From: Marsupella aquatica
Lineage: Eukaryota; Plantae; Marchantiophyta
Direction of reading: 5' to 3'
DNA length: 64,000 nt
Assembly: GCA_973895155.1 (NCBI GenBank)
Contig: OZ316899.1
Span: forward strand, 7,009,241-7,073,240
A program made the translations under genes and the position numbers. Below are positions 36,675 to 50,035 of the stretch, in pieces (the first letter of the stretch is position 1; every line of letters begins with the position of its first letter). The notes beneath the pieces are model-generated. The model had not been told where the DNA came from. It saw only the letters and a list, made by a program, of their open reading frames with translations, and made no database searches.

Positions 36675-39600
36675 GATATGAGGGCCTAGGCATGAGCAGT
36701 GGGTCGGCCTGAGAACAATGGGCAAAGGCACTTCACTTGCAAACGCCTAACTAGGAAGTTATGGGCGTTGCTAGTTGGTGGCGCCCAGATATGCGGGATA
36801 TGGTCCAGGTTGAGGACCAAAAGTTTGGGGACCAAAGGTGGCCCGGGGGTGGCAGGTCTTGTGGTGCGTCCCATGGCTCTCAAAACCCAAGAACCCGCCC
36901 TGAACAAGCCAATTCCCACCGGTTTTGCTCTTGCCAAGGCCATTTCCACGGCTTATCGGCATGGGACGCGGCTAAAACTCCTTTACTAACTTTTTACCCA
37001 CATGTATTGGACAGATCCTTCATCGGGTCATGAGATATGCAGTTGGTCTAATCTAGGCCTCTCCTTCCTCTCTTCCCTTGGTCTCCCCTTGGGTATGTTT
37101 GGATTCCGCCGCCGGAATGATGCCCAATCGACTTGGGTAGCCGCTAAGATTCCTCTAAGCTCAACACATCAGGCTCTGCCTGCTCCTGATGACTTCATTT
37201 CCTTCTTTTCTCTCCTATAGTTGATGTGGGCAATCTTTGCACAAGTTGATGTGACACACAACTAGAAAGATGACTCATACTAAGTTATACCGTGCAACTG
37301 TCATACAAAGAGTACTTCTCATACACAAGATCTGCAAACTAAGCCAGAAGGCCAACTCTATTAAGCTCTTAGGCATGAGAAAACATGAATACACACAAGA
37401 GTCACTACATAACTAACCAAGAGCTTCTCTGACTAATTGATCCCAGCCTTGTTGGTGCACTAAAAACTTGCTTAAGAAGAAGGCCCCAAAGTCCCCGTTG
37501 CACAGGTATTTATCCTGGCAGCGCACCTACCTATTTCCTTGCCGCGTAAGCTAAATCTACCTCTAAGTGGAATCTACCTATGTATAGTGGGGCAAGAGCA
37601 CAAGTGGTGCCCTTACCAGTGGATCCGCAATCCCACTAATCTAAATGTTAGGGCCGCTTCTTGGCCCTAATCCTAATCCTAAATTTGGAGGTCAGCGCCC
37701 ACTTTGCCCACTCACGTCTCCTACCTCCACGTCCGCCCTCCCTAACAGGGATGACGCTCCTCCACCGTCATGACGCTGGTGGCTGGCCCTCAATGGACGC
37801 CCCCAATCCTTCCTCGACAGCCAATGTAGGCCTCTTGTTCTCTGACAGGTTACCCGCTCTTGACTGGGTCAACTTATCCTCGGCGTGATCGGGCCCCACT
37901 CCTATCTTGGCTTCTGCTTCTCCGGCTTCTACTCCCCAAATTGTAACAGTGGTGAGTTTGCCCCTGCAGCTTCAACAGCAGTGGTCCTCCTCATAGGCAG
38001 TGGTCCTCCTCTTAGGCAGTGGTCCTCCTCATAGGCTCATCCGACGAGTCGGGTTGTCTCATCCTCCCAAGGTTGCGGGTGATGCCAATCAATGATTGGC
38101 AACCTTGAGTCAGTGCCCGCCATGGCCTCACCCAGCTGGTCTTCTTAGTCTACCTCTAAGACTGCCACTTTGACAGCCACTACCTCGCATAAGGCTGGTG
38201 CCATGCTTCTACCGAGGAGCCACGGTGGCCTAAGGAACCGTGTTGCTCCCTTACCCCAAAGGTTTTTGCTTCTTCTTGTCCTTCCCTTCCATGGTAGTCG
38301 GTGCCTTCCCCTTGCCACTTACTTTTGGCAAGGGTGAGGGTACCTTGGCTTGTCTCTTGGTCAGGACCACGCCCTACAACCTTGTTGCCACCATCGGGGG
38401 TCCACTTGTTGCTGCCTATCGATTTAATTAACTCCTCAGACAGTTTCTTCAGCCGCTTTGTTTGGTTGTCCGCTCGCCTCTGCAAGTTCTCTAATTTCTG
38501 TGTGGCATCCTCCAACTCCTCATGGGTCTCGTCTAAATCCCCGCGAGCTTCCTCCAACTCCTTTAGGTTGTTGTCCAACTCCTTCCGTAAGGCCGCCCTC
38601 TCCTCCTGGGTTGCTCTTAGCTCTGCGTTGAGCTCATGCACGACTTCAAACTCTATCTTATTCATCTTCTCGTAGGTTTGGTTGAGCATGTCATCCTTCT
38701 TATGCATGTTGGCTTGAAAGTTGGCCGACAGGGTTTTGCAGTCCTCCTTCAACTTATCGACGCTTTTGTAGGCCTCATCCAAGTCGTCCTTTTTATTATG
38801 GAAGGCCCTATGGAATTCTTTGATCTCCTCCTTCAGTGCCGCTCCTTCCTCAGCACCTTGGTCATGGCTTTGTTGACGACCGTTAGGTGAGCAGCCTCTG
38901 CATCTTTAAGCTCTTGCTTCCACTTCTCCTTCTCCTTGAGAGCCTCGGCCAAATGCCCTTGGGTCTAGGCAACTTTATTCTTGATTAACTGGTTATCAGC
39001 CTTGGCCGTATCCAGTTGCCCCTGCATGATGTTTATCTCATGCATCCTAACCCGCAGCTTGTCTTGAGCCTGTTTGGCTGCTTTTGGATCTCCAGTCTTG
39101 GCTTCCTTCTCTCTAAGCCGCCAGATGACCTCCTCTTTCTTCATCCTCTCCAAGGCTAGTGCCTCCTCCCACCGGCTCTTCTCCAACCTCTCCCTATGGA
39201 GGAAGGGCCCCATCTCTAACTCCTTGCCAAAGATGTTGAGGGCAAGTAACCCGCACATCCTCTCGTACTCCAGGGCTCTAGAACGTGCATAGATGGAGTG
39301 GTTAGGAGATGCCAACATCTCCCAACGCAGCCTTTGTTCCCAAGTCATCCTCCAAATCTTGTCAAACGTGGGCAAGGGCCCGACTTGGTCCTCTACAAGC
39401 CGCCAAATGTCCTTTGGCCATCCTTCGCCTGGCAAATCCTTCTCCTTGGCCAAGGTTGCCCTCTCCAGATCTTGGAGTTGCTCTTGCAACTCTTGGTCAG
39501 CCTGTTTTCTCCCATCGTAATTTGGAGGAGGGACGTCTGGTGGGGGAGACTCCGGGCTTCTCTGCTGTTTTGGGTCCCCACGCACCACTCTTGGAAGTGT

Positions 39601-41732
39601 GGGAATGAAACGGCCATAGGTCCGCACCCCTGGTACCAAATGATCTGACCCGTAGCTAAAGCGTCCTTGTTATATTCCTCCATGCCCTCCCTTCCGGCCT
39701 AGAGTACTGGTGCTTGCGGATCCTCTCTTGGGCTAGCCGCAAAAGCGGCATCCTGTTGGGAACTGTGCATGTGTGCGGTTCTCTCCTCTGGCTCCCACAC
39801 CTGCCTTCCTCTCTCCTCATCATGACTACAAACCCTGGGCCCTTGTCCCTCGGGTTCTGGTCTTGAGGCTCCCACGCACATCCGCACCCCTGGCTCGTCT
39901 GCTGGCATCCTTCTCTTTGCGCCCTCGGCAAACGGATCTGCTGTGGTGGGTCTTCCGGTTCCTCCCTCCTCAACCATGCCCTATACCGGTGCCCTTATTG
40001 TCATTGCCATCTTCTCCTTCTGGAACATCTGCAGCAGGCTCTACATGGTCGGTTGCTGCATTGGCATGGATTCCGGCATTGGACTAAAGATCTGTGATAT
40101 TGTGGAGCTGCCGGGCGGTTTGGGCTTCCTTGTTGCCGGCCTTGGCTCTAGCTCCTCCTTTGGTGCCCTTGCCTGCAGGGGGAGTATGGGCGCAAAGATC
40201 TGTCTCCGGGCATACCGGCACAACAACGGCATGTGATAACCAAGCCAAGCCACACTCCCCTGACCTGCCACTTGTTGTTCTTCCTTCAAGATCTTCTTTA
40301 GTTGGGCAAGGAGGTATCCATTGTAGTCCCAGCTTGGGGCTAGGTAAACCTGTGCCTTGCCGATCTCCAGTCTTGGCAGGTTACAATGCATTGTCACTCG
40401 CAAGAAATCATTCATTTCTCCAATGTGCGGGTTGGTGCAGGTGCTTTGGAAGAAGCCATTCTTTGTTGATGGCTTGGGGAATGATCTAAACTCCCTGTCC
40501 AACAAGTTCTTTTGGGTGTCTACCTTGGCCTTGTTGCCCATTGGCAAGCCAAACACTTTGGCAATCACCTTGGGGGTGAGATAGAAGTCCCTCCCATAGA
40601 TCTTGGTTGAGTTGGACTCGTGGTCCCATGATCCCACGAATTCCAACAAGTCTGATTTTGGCACCTCCGGTTTCAGCCACGACAATCTAACAATGGCCTC
40701 CAAGCCCAACCCGGCCATGAAGCCTTGGTATTTGTGGTACGTCCCATGGCTCCCTAAACCCAAGAAACCCCTTTGCACAAGCCGATTCCCGCAAGTTTCG
40801 CTCTTGGCGAGGCCGATTTTGCGGCTTAGCGGCATGGGACGCTGCTAACTTCCTTCTACTACTATTTAACATTTAACTCACATATACTGGACAGATCCTT
40901 CATCGGGTCATGAGATACATAGCCGGCCTATTCTAGGCCTTCCCTTGTCCTCCTCTCTCAATTTCCCTTTAGGTATGTTTGGATTCCGCCGCCGGAATGA
41001 TCCCCAACTGGCTTGGGTAAGCCGCTAAGACCTCTCTCAGCTCGACACATCCAACTCTTACTACCTTGCTTACTCCCTTCTTGGTTGATGTGGGCAATCT
41101 TCAAACAAGTTAATGCGACACACAAATAGCAAAATGACTCCTTCTGACTGAGTTATATCATGCACTTGCCATACAAACAGTACTTCTCATATACAAGATC
41201 TGCGAACTAAGCCGTGAGGCCAACTCTATTCATCTCTTAGGTATGAGGAAACATGAATATACACAAGGGTCATAGTATAACTAACCGAGAGCTTCTTTAA
41301 CTACTTGATCCCAGCCCTGCTGGTGCACTAAAAACTTGCTAAGGAAGAAGGCCCGCAACTCCCCGCTGCCCAGGTACTTATCCTGGTAGTGGATCCGCCT
41401 AATTCCTTGTAGCATAAGCCTAATCTACCTATGTACAGCGAGGCAGGAGCACAAGTGTTGCTCTTACCAGTGGATCCGCAATCCCACTAAGCTAAGTGTC
41501 AGGGCCGCCTCTTGGTCCTGATCCTAATTCTAAACTTGGAGATCTGGGCCCGCCCTGCCCACTCACGCCTCCCTCCACGTCCGCCCTCCTTAAAAGGAGC
41601 GGCCCTCCACCACCGTCATGGCAACGGTGTCTGGTCCTCAATGGACGCCCCCAACACTTCCTCCGCAACCACTACCGTAGGTACGTCCTCTGACAGATTA
41701 CCTGCTCCGGACCGAGTTAACTCTCCATCGGC

Positions 41733-44700
41733 CTAACTGGGTCCACCCTCGGCTTCGGCCTCAGCATCGGCCACGGCCTCCCCGACATGTTCTAGTGGTG
41801 GATCCGGTACCCTGGCTTCATCACCGAGTATCCTGGCCTTGGCTTTGCCATCCCCGCCTTCTAGGGCAGTTGGATCCTCTGTCGTGACCCTGCCTGAGGT
41901 TGGTGTTGGGTTTACCTCCTTGGTCACAACGGCTTGAGGAGCCGTATTACTCCCTGACCCAGAAGGTTTCTGCTTCTTCTTCTTCTTTGGTTCGGCAGCT
42001 GGCCCCTTCCCCTTGCCACTTACCTTCGGCACCGGTGCGAGTGTCTCGGCTTGTCCTTTGGCCAGTACTACTCCTGGTAACTTGGTTGCCCCAATTGGAG
42101 TTGGACCTGAGGAAGCCAAGCACTTAAATATTGCGACCTGTTTCTTTAGCCGCTCCATTTGGTTGTCGGCTCGCCGCTGTAAGTTTTCCATCTTCCGCGT
42201 GCTTTTCTCCAACTCCTCCTGCAATTCATCCAGGTCCTTGCACGCCTCCTCCCGCTCCTTCTGGGCTTCCTCCAATTCCTCCTTTAAGGTAGCCCTCTCC
42301 TCCTGGGTTGCTCTCAGCTCCTTGTTGAGCTCCGTAACGACCTCAGACCCCATTTTGTTCATCTTGGCATAAGTCTAGTAGAGTTGGTCGTCTTTCTCAC
42401 GGAGGTCGGCCTTGAAGCTGGCCATCATGGATGCGAGCTCCTGCCGTAGCACGATAATCGCCTGATAGGATTTCCCTAACTCGGCCTCCTTCTGCTCAAG
42501 GGCTCCGCGGATATCCTCGAGTTCCCCCTTTAGCGCCCTTTCCCTTCTCTGAGTTTCCGCCATGGCCCGATTGTTGGCTGCTATGTGGGCCTCCTTTGCG
42601 TCTCTCAGCTCTCGCTTCCACTTCTCCTTTTCCTTGATCGAATCGGCCAGCTCACCTTGGGTCCGAGTAAGTTTATCCTTTTTTTTCTTTTTTCTTTTTT
42701 TGGATTTTTACATTTATTCCGCGTGAAACCCATGGATGGGGGAACCAGCAGGCCAAACGGCATCATAAAACCTCAAACGCCCAAAGGAGGCAATAACAAA
42801 GAGTTACTCAACCAGGGTCACCAGATCAGGCAAAGATTATGAAGCCGTTCTACTAGTGTTCCATGCAGCAAGTAATAGCTAGGGGATAAGCACTAAAAGG
42901 CGCAGTAGGTCAGCAGAGTAAAAGTGTAAAGTGTCAAACCATTGTCTAGTACTGAATTAATCCACCTAATTAGTAAGAAGAGGGTGTATACTGTAGCGGG
43001 AGAAGGAAAAAAACCAACGGCATGAACTGTAAGGGCCACCAAGAGTGGTGCAGCCATAAGCTATAGGGATTGAAAACAGTGCGGGAGGTAGTGGCATTGT
43101 GTATGAGGAAATCACGGGAGTAACGGTGTCAAAAGAGAAGACAAAACTCCCAGATAGCCACATAGTATAAATCAATCTCTCACAAGGCCGCCATCAATGG
43201 AGGAAAAAATCCGACGCGACCCACGTCTGAGAGTGTGAATGCGCTCGATCTCCAACAGTTCTTTGGCACTCGATAGACACCGGTGCTTGCGGCTCAAAGA
43301 TGAAGGAGAAAGCATGGAAGCAGCCGCAGCGACATCAATTAGGTGGTCCAGGGTCTCCAAAATAATCAGCATCTGATCAAAAATCCTATGTCTAGTCCGG
43401 TCAAAAGTCTGAGCATTCCTAGCCAACCAAATGTTCCACAAAATCTGATAGGTAGTGTAGATCCGAAGGGAGTGAATAGGTAATTTTCCCACAGCAGACT
43501 TGATAAGGCCAATCAGGGATGGCGTTCCATTGCAGAGTGCACCATGCATCCACCCGTGAGCATCAGTCCAACACCTACTGGCGTGCCTGCATGAGAAGAA
43601 AATATGTGAGATAGACTCAAGGAGTCCCACACAAAGCACACAACAACCATCAGATTTTCCAATTCTTAGAGCCCTAGAGCCAGAAAACAGACCCTGTGCA
43701 AGAATACGCCATAGAAAGACTTTCGCTCGGGTAGAAAGATCAGATGTCCACACAGCCCTCCACACTTCATTCCATTCTCCATCTATGAGGGCCTCCGCCC
43801 AGATCCGGTTCAGACGAGCAGAATCAGTGCCTTTTGGGCGCAAAAACTCATAGGCTCGAACATTTGTTAATCCAAAGCGATTAGTTCCAACCGCCTGGTC
43901 CAGGCAAAGCCATTGTCGTGCAAGAGGCAAGGTTCCAATGCCGCCAAAGGGAGTTCCACGAATTACTCCCGTCAAAGAGAGACATAGAACCCTGCAAGGA
44001 GATGTAAGGCCTCTCAACCGTTGTAGTCGTGATTCAACATTCATCCATGTGCCATCAGTAGCAGACCAGAAATCCCCGATTTTCCTTATGCCAAGTTTAC
44101 CAAACGTTCTGGTTAACTCCATAATCACAGAATCAGGTAGCTCATAGAATCCCTATAAGCAGCGGATAGCATCTTCAAATCCCCAATGGCCAGGGATAGG
44201 GTCATAAGTATTAGGGTAGAAGATCAAGTGTTCTCTCAACTGTTCCCAGGCACTCCACAATTGGCTAGTATATGACAATCTCCCAAAGCTATGAGGGGTG
44301 CTAAGAAGCATCTTGTCAGTCAAGGAGTACACATTCCTGCGGACAATCTTGTAATTTTGCCATTTCGTCAATCGAAGATTTTCAGAGAGCATGCAAGCCC
44401 ATTCAGAGTCGGGGCAATCCAAAGCCCCGGTGAACCATTTACTCAAAAGTGCGTCCAAGTGACTTTTGAGATCCTTCAATCCGAGACCACCATCCAGCTT
44501 GGGCCGAGTCATCTTGTCCCAAGCCACAAGAGGGATTCGTTTCCCCCCCAACGGGTTGGAGCCCCACAGAAAAATCCTGTTTAAAGCAATCAACTTTTTA
44601 GTCAAGGTAATAGGTGAAAGTAGAAACATCATGTGATAAACCGGTATGGCCTGAAGCACGTGCTTGATTAACAACAGGCGGCCTGTGAAAGAAAGGAAGC

Positions 44701-47700
44701 GAGTAGACCAGGATGCAAGTCATGCACTGATCCGATCCAAGCAGAAGCAATGCAGTTGCTTCTCAGAAAGATTAGAACCAAAAGGGGCACCTATGTATTT
44801 TTGCACAGTGCCTGCAGCGCTAATTGTACACCCCGTTTCGTGTAGCCAGTCAGGGATCTCATCAATAGCCAAAGGTATAATGATAGATTTGCCCAGGTGG
44901 AGTTTAGCTCCAGTTGCACAATCATTCGTAGCAAGTGATAGTGTTTCTAGCCTGTGTAAAAGCAATCTTCGTGGCAGGAATGAAAAGGCCTAGATCATCG
45001 GCAAAAAGTCTAAAGCAAATAGTTAAAGAGGAAGAGATTTGTAGTCCTTGGAGTCGACCAGCTGCAATTTCCGCATGGCAAAAGTCCATCAATGGCTGGG
45101 TGGAGATAGCAAACAGAAGAGGAGAAAGGGGACAGCCTTGGCAAACTCCCCTGCACATCTTAATATCATCAGTCCAAAGTCCGTTGACCAGAACTTTAGA
45201 AAAGGAATTACTTAGCAGAGATCGAACTAAGAATATGTAATGTGAGCTCAGGCCCAAAAGATTCATAGTTTCCCAGATATAGAGATGATCGACCCTGTCA
45301 AAAGCTTTCTCAAAGTCAAGCTGCAAAAAGAGAGACGGAGTCTGCGTGGATTCAATCCAGTCGTGTGTCAACCACGTTAGTGAGATATTTTCCAGTATAT
45401 GACGTCCAGGAATGAAGCCTGTTTGCTGCGGACTAATCATACGGGGCAGCAGCACCTTCAATCGCAGGGCAAGTAGCTTCGCCAAAATCTTGTATGTGGT
45501 TGTTAGCATAGTTAGCGGCCTCCAGTCGCACAAACGACGCTTGTCAGTCTTCTTGGGGATAAAACGGATCACGCCATCTTTGATCCCATAGGAAATGTGG
45601 CCAGTTCTCCAAAAGTCGTAGATCATATCATATAGGTCAACTTTCACAAAATCCCAGCAAGGACGTAGAACTTTAGCAGTCATACCATCTATCCCTGGTG
45701 CTTTATCATTAGGTAGCAATAGTAGGGTATCATGTACCTCCTTAATAGTGGGTAAAGCTTCCAATTGGTGGTTCTCAGCGGCAGAGGGGCAAAAATGAGT
45801 GTGCTCACAGAGTTTTTGTCTAGCAGCACGCATCGCCAAAAGCTCCTCAACATTGAGTTCCTGCGGAGAATACAGCGCCTCACAGAAATTTTGAACCTCC
45901 TTGATGATCAGATTTTTGTCATGAATCTCTGAACCATCATCTCCAATTAGGTACTCCATAGTCTCTCTCAGACGTTTTGCTTTGACCAAAGAGAAGTAGA
46001 ACTTGGAAGGTTCTTCACCCTGGCCAAGCCAGTTGATCCGGGACAGCTGCCGGTAGTGATGTGCATTCTCAAGTTCCATTTTGCGAACACTGTTATCAGT
46101 ATAGGCAAATTCCTGCAGATCATTTGGAGCATGCTCGTCCATGATAGAGATTTTGAGGAGGCAAAGTTTGTTCCTGAGGATTGCCAGCTCCTCCTCCCGG
46201 GGTACCGGCAAAGATTGCAGCTCCATAAAGCACTTCCAAAATCTTTGGAATGCGTTGGCAAAGCGTAAATGAGGATCCGCAGAGGGCACATCATCACCCC
46301 GCCAGGCAGCCTCTAAAAGATTCAGGTTCTCTGCCTTCCGAAGAACAGAGGGCTTTAAATAAGTAGCTCTCTTATCCTTGATAATCTGATTATCAGACTG
46401 TGCGGTATCCAATTGCCCTTGCATGATGTTGAGCTCATGCCGCTTATTCCGCAGCTCATCTTGGGCTTTCTTGGCCGCCTTAAGGTCTTCTACCTTGGCT
46501 TCCCTTGCCCTAAGCCGACGGATGACCTCGTCCTTCTTGCTTCTCTCCAAAGCCACCGCTTCTTCTAATCGACGCTTCTCCAACATTTCCCTCTGGAAAA
46601 AAGGTCCCTGCTCCAACTCCTCTCCAAAGATGCCAAGCGCAAGTTCCCCACACATCTCCCCGTACTCCATGGCTTGTTCTTTAGCATAGGCGGAGTGAGT
46701 AGAAGTCATCGACATCATCCACCGCGGCCTTTGTTCCCAAGCCGCCTTGCCAATTTCTTCTATCGTGGCTGGTGGGCTGCTTTGTTTTTCTGCAAGCCGC
46801 CTGATGTCCTTTGGTCATTCTCCTCCTGGTAAATCCTTCTCCCTAGCCAGGGCTGCCTCTTCTTCCTCCCTGAGTCGTTCCTAAAACTCCTATGCCGTCT
46901 GTTTTATGCCGTCAAAGCTCGGGGGAGCGACATCTGGTGGGGGAGACTCGGGGCTGCTCTGCTGGGTCGGGTCCCCTCGAACTACTCTTGGAAGAGTGGG
47001 GATGAACCTGCCACAGGTCCTTATTCCTGGAACATGATGGTCCGACCCGTAGCCGGAGTCATCATTGTCGTAGCCTTCTACCGTCTCCTCCTCGGCTTGG
47101 ACTACCGGTTCCCACCGCTGCTGTCCTGGTCTTGCCGTGAACACGGCCTCACAGATCACGGGTCCTAGTTCCTCCGACTTCCACGTTGATCTCATCTTCT
47201 CCCTGTCGCGACTAGGAGCTTTGAGCTGCTTTTCCTCGGCTTCGGGACTTGAAGCTCCTACATACATTCGGACTCCCGGCTCGTGTTCCGGCCTCCTTCT
47301 CTCCTTGACCCCTGTAAAGGGGTTTTCCCTGGTAAGTTGGCTAAGGCCGACTTTGGGAGTAGTATTCTGTACCGGTCCCGTTGCCGTTGCCGTTCTCCTT
47401 TCCTTCTCCAGCAATTTCAGCAGAGTCTGCAAGCCTGGTTGCTGCATCAGCAAGTCCTCCTTCCTCGGCCTAAACACCTGCTCAATTGTAGGATTGTCGG
47501 ACTGGGTCGGTTTCTCTGTTGTCGGCCTCGGTTCCGGAACCTCCTCTGGTGCTCTTGCCTGCAGAGGCAGTACCGGGGCGAATATCTGACTTCGGGCATA
47601 CCGGCACAACAGCGGCATATGATAACCAAGCCGGGACACGCTTCCCATGTCGATCACCAGCTGTTCCTCCTTCAAGATCTTCTTTAGTTGGGTGAGGAGG

Positions 47701-48860
47701 TACCCGTTGTAGTCTCGGCTTGGGTCTGGCCTCTCCGCCAGATAGACCTGTGCCTTGCCGATCTCTGCCCTCGGCAAGTTACAATGCATGGTTACCCGCA
47801 AGAAATCGATCATTTCTCCTATGTGCGGGTTGGTGTAGGTGTTTTGGAAGAAGCCATTCTTTGTTGATGGCCCTGGAAACGCCCGGAACTCCCTGTCTAG
47901 CAAGGTCTTCCTGGTATCTACTTTGGTCTTATTGCCCATCGGCAAGCCAAACACTTCGGCAATCACCCGGGGAGTGAGATAGAAATCCTTCCCATACACC
48001 CTTGTGGAATTGGTCTCGGGCTCCCATGATCCCACGAATTCTAGTAAGTCTGAATCCGGCACCTCCGGCTTTAGCCATGGTAGCTTTACGAAGGCTTCCA
48101 AGCCGGATCCGGCCATGAAACCTTGGTATTTCCGAGTCTGCATAGCCGTAAAGCATGCATCCTCCTCCCGTGCAAAGTGTAATTGCACCTCCTTGAGGAG
48201 GGTCGCCGCCTAGCCTTTCCAGGTGTCATCTCTTGTTGGAACGGCATTGACGGGGTCGACCTCTTCCTCTTCGGCTTCCGCCTGCCTCCTACTTCCCTGC
48301 TCTGCTGGTTTTTTGGGTGCCACCGACCTCGTTCTTTTTGCAGGGGTGGCTTCTTCGTTGTTGTTCCCTTTCCTCTTCATAGCGACTGCCGTGGATGTTT
48401 CTCCTAGCACGGTTGCCTTCATCCACCCCTCCGTGCTACCCTTCAACTCCCAGTGTATGTCGTTGCAGCGGTTGATGGCCTCCCGGATGCTGACTATTCT
48501 ATTCTCACAAAATAGAAGATTGTCAAGTTCGTCGGCACTAGGCGTCCACAAGAATTCAGCCGTAATGAGTTCTCCTCCTAAGAAAGCAGACTTCTGCAGC
48601 TCCCACAACCGAGCGAGCTCCTGCCGTTCTCGAGCCGCTCTCTCCGATTCTTTGTCCTCGTAGGTCCCAATGTACTCAGTTGCCCGTTCTAACAGGCATC
48701 CCCAAGAATGAGCAGCTTGATTGACGTTGCTCATACCCTTCTTGAGTTGATTGTCGGTATCTGCTTCCACCCCGAGTTGATTGTCGGTATCTACGCACCC
48801 TAACCCTAATTGTGTTCCCTCCCCTGACGTCCTTACTTTTGGCCTCGGCTCGGGTTCCAT
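41733..48860 (-). pseudogene. LTR-embedded gene of ~1,140 codons: PMD/plant-transposon-like domain + long coiled coil
   Basis: ORF pieces 48210-48860, 46890-48188, 46372-46718, 42375-42563 and 41733-42362 are all in one frame once the 3699-bp L1 + TSD is removed; only point-mutation stops remain. Motif FYLTPRVIAEVFGLP. Start M(E/K)PEPRP is conserved in copy 2 (49853). Confidence 0.8.
42681..46371 (-). mobile_element. 5'-truncated L1-clade LINE (RT + zf-RVT, decayed)
   Basis: A-rich tail. TSD TTATCCTT at 42673-42680 and 46372-46379. KAPGIDG, DFEKAFD, QGCPLSPLLF, LFADD. Confidence 0.9.
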
Positions 48861-50035
48861 AGTCACCCTTAATTGTTTATATTTCCCTATTTTTGTTACT
48901 ATACTAAGGTGTTTCCTAGGGTACACTCCTGATTTTACTATTTAAACTGGCCTAATGATTCCTGGCTAGGCATCACAGTATTTTTGGTCTGCATGGCTAT
49001 AAAACATGCATCTTCATCCCATGCAAAATATAACTGCACTGCCAGTGGTAGGACCGCCGCCCACCCCTTCCATGTATCAGCTCTATTGGGGATGGCATTG
49101 ACTAGGTTGACCTCTTGTTCTGCGGCTTCCTCCTACCTTTGTCTCCCTTGCTTGGCTGGCTTTCTTGATGCTTCCGACCTCGTTCTTTTGGTCGGTGTGA
49201 TTTTTTTGTTGTTGGCCATCTTCCTTTTCCTTTCGGCCGCTCCTGACAACTCGGCCAGGATTGTTGCTTTTGTCCACGCCTCCGTGCAACCCTTCAGGTC
49301 CCAGATTGTTGTTGCAGTTGTTGATGGCCTACTGAATGCCAATGATTCTATTCTCTCAAAATAGAAGATTGTCAAGCTCATCGGCAATAGGCGTCCACAA
49401 GAATTCAGCCTTGATGATCTCTCCTCCTAGGAAGGCAAACTTTTGCAATTCCCACAGCCAAGCAAGCTCCTATCATTCTCAAGCTGCTCTTTCCGACTCT
49501 TCCTCCTCATAGGTCCCAATGTACCCACTTGCCATTTGAATAGGCATCCCCAAAAATGTGCAACTTGATTGACATTGCTCATTCCCTCCTTATGTTGTTG
49601 CTGGGTGTCTACTTCCGCCTGCCGTGTTCACCTTTGCAACTGACAGTCGTTGGCTTCTCCTTGCAATTTGTTTGATCAATGTGCGTGAATGAGCCGTCAC
49701 TCTTGGTGAACCTCCCTTACCCCCCTCCGGCCTGCCCCTGCCTGACTTGGTCGCTGATTACCTGCAACCACCAATACTTAGCGTACCCAAACCCTAATCA
49801 TGCCCCTTAGTGGTCCTTGCACCTATTACTCCCGGCCTTGGCTCGGGTTTCATGGATATCCTTAATTGTTTACATTTTCTTGTAAGGGTTTTTGTGTATA
49901 CCACCCAACTTTACTATTTTACAAGCCCTAGTGATTCCTGGCTAGGCATCACAGGTCTCCAGGAGCATATATGAGGGGAGTGGTGTCTCCATGGGGGCTA
50001 AGGACGAGCCAAAGTTGTGAGTTGCGGTGGTTGCA

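Larger units (their letters stand above)
40733..48977 (-). mobile_element. Family-A giant solo LTR, copy 3 (net ~4.55 kb), nested in copy 2
   Basis: TGTGG...CATCACA termini. Perfect TSD GTATT at 40728-40732 and 48978-48982. Confidence 0.9.
36860..49953 (-). mobile_element. Family-A giant solo LTR, copy 2 (net ~4.84 kb), carrying a degenerate long gene
   Basis: TGTGG...CATCACA termini. Perfect TSD GGTCT at 36855-36859 and 49954-49958. Gene remnants at 38180-38782, 38965-39639, 40041-40732 and 48983-49853. Confidence 0.88.
19048..50035 (+). mobile_element. Older AGT..ACT-family LTR split into three pieces (19048-19455, 36675-36859, 49954-50035) by nested insertions
   Basis: Starts AGTGGTGGAACTCG. 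The pieces are colinear with the intact LTR once the TSD-bounded inserts are removed. Confidence 0.82.

Noticed and set aside
37978-38035. 19-bp x3 repeat GCAGTGGTCCTCCTCATAG
   Set aside because: Copy-specific slippage in a decayed gene; single-copy in copy 1.
44922-46718. 598-aa ORF fusing a coiled coil to a LINE RT
   Set aside because: Chance in-frame junction of a 5'-truncated L1 (TSD TTATCCTT) with the LTR gene. Stops lie upstream and a frameshift downstream, so it is not a real fusion gene.
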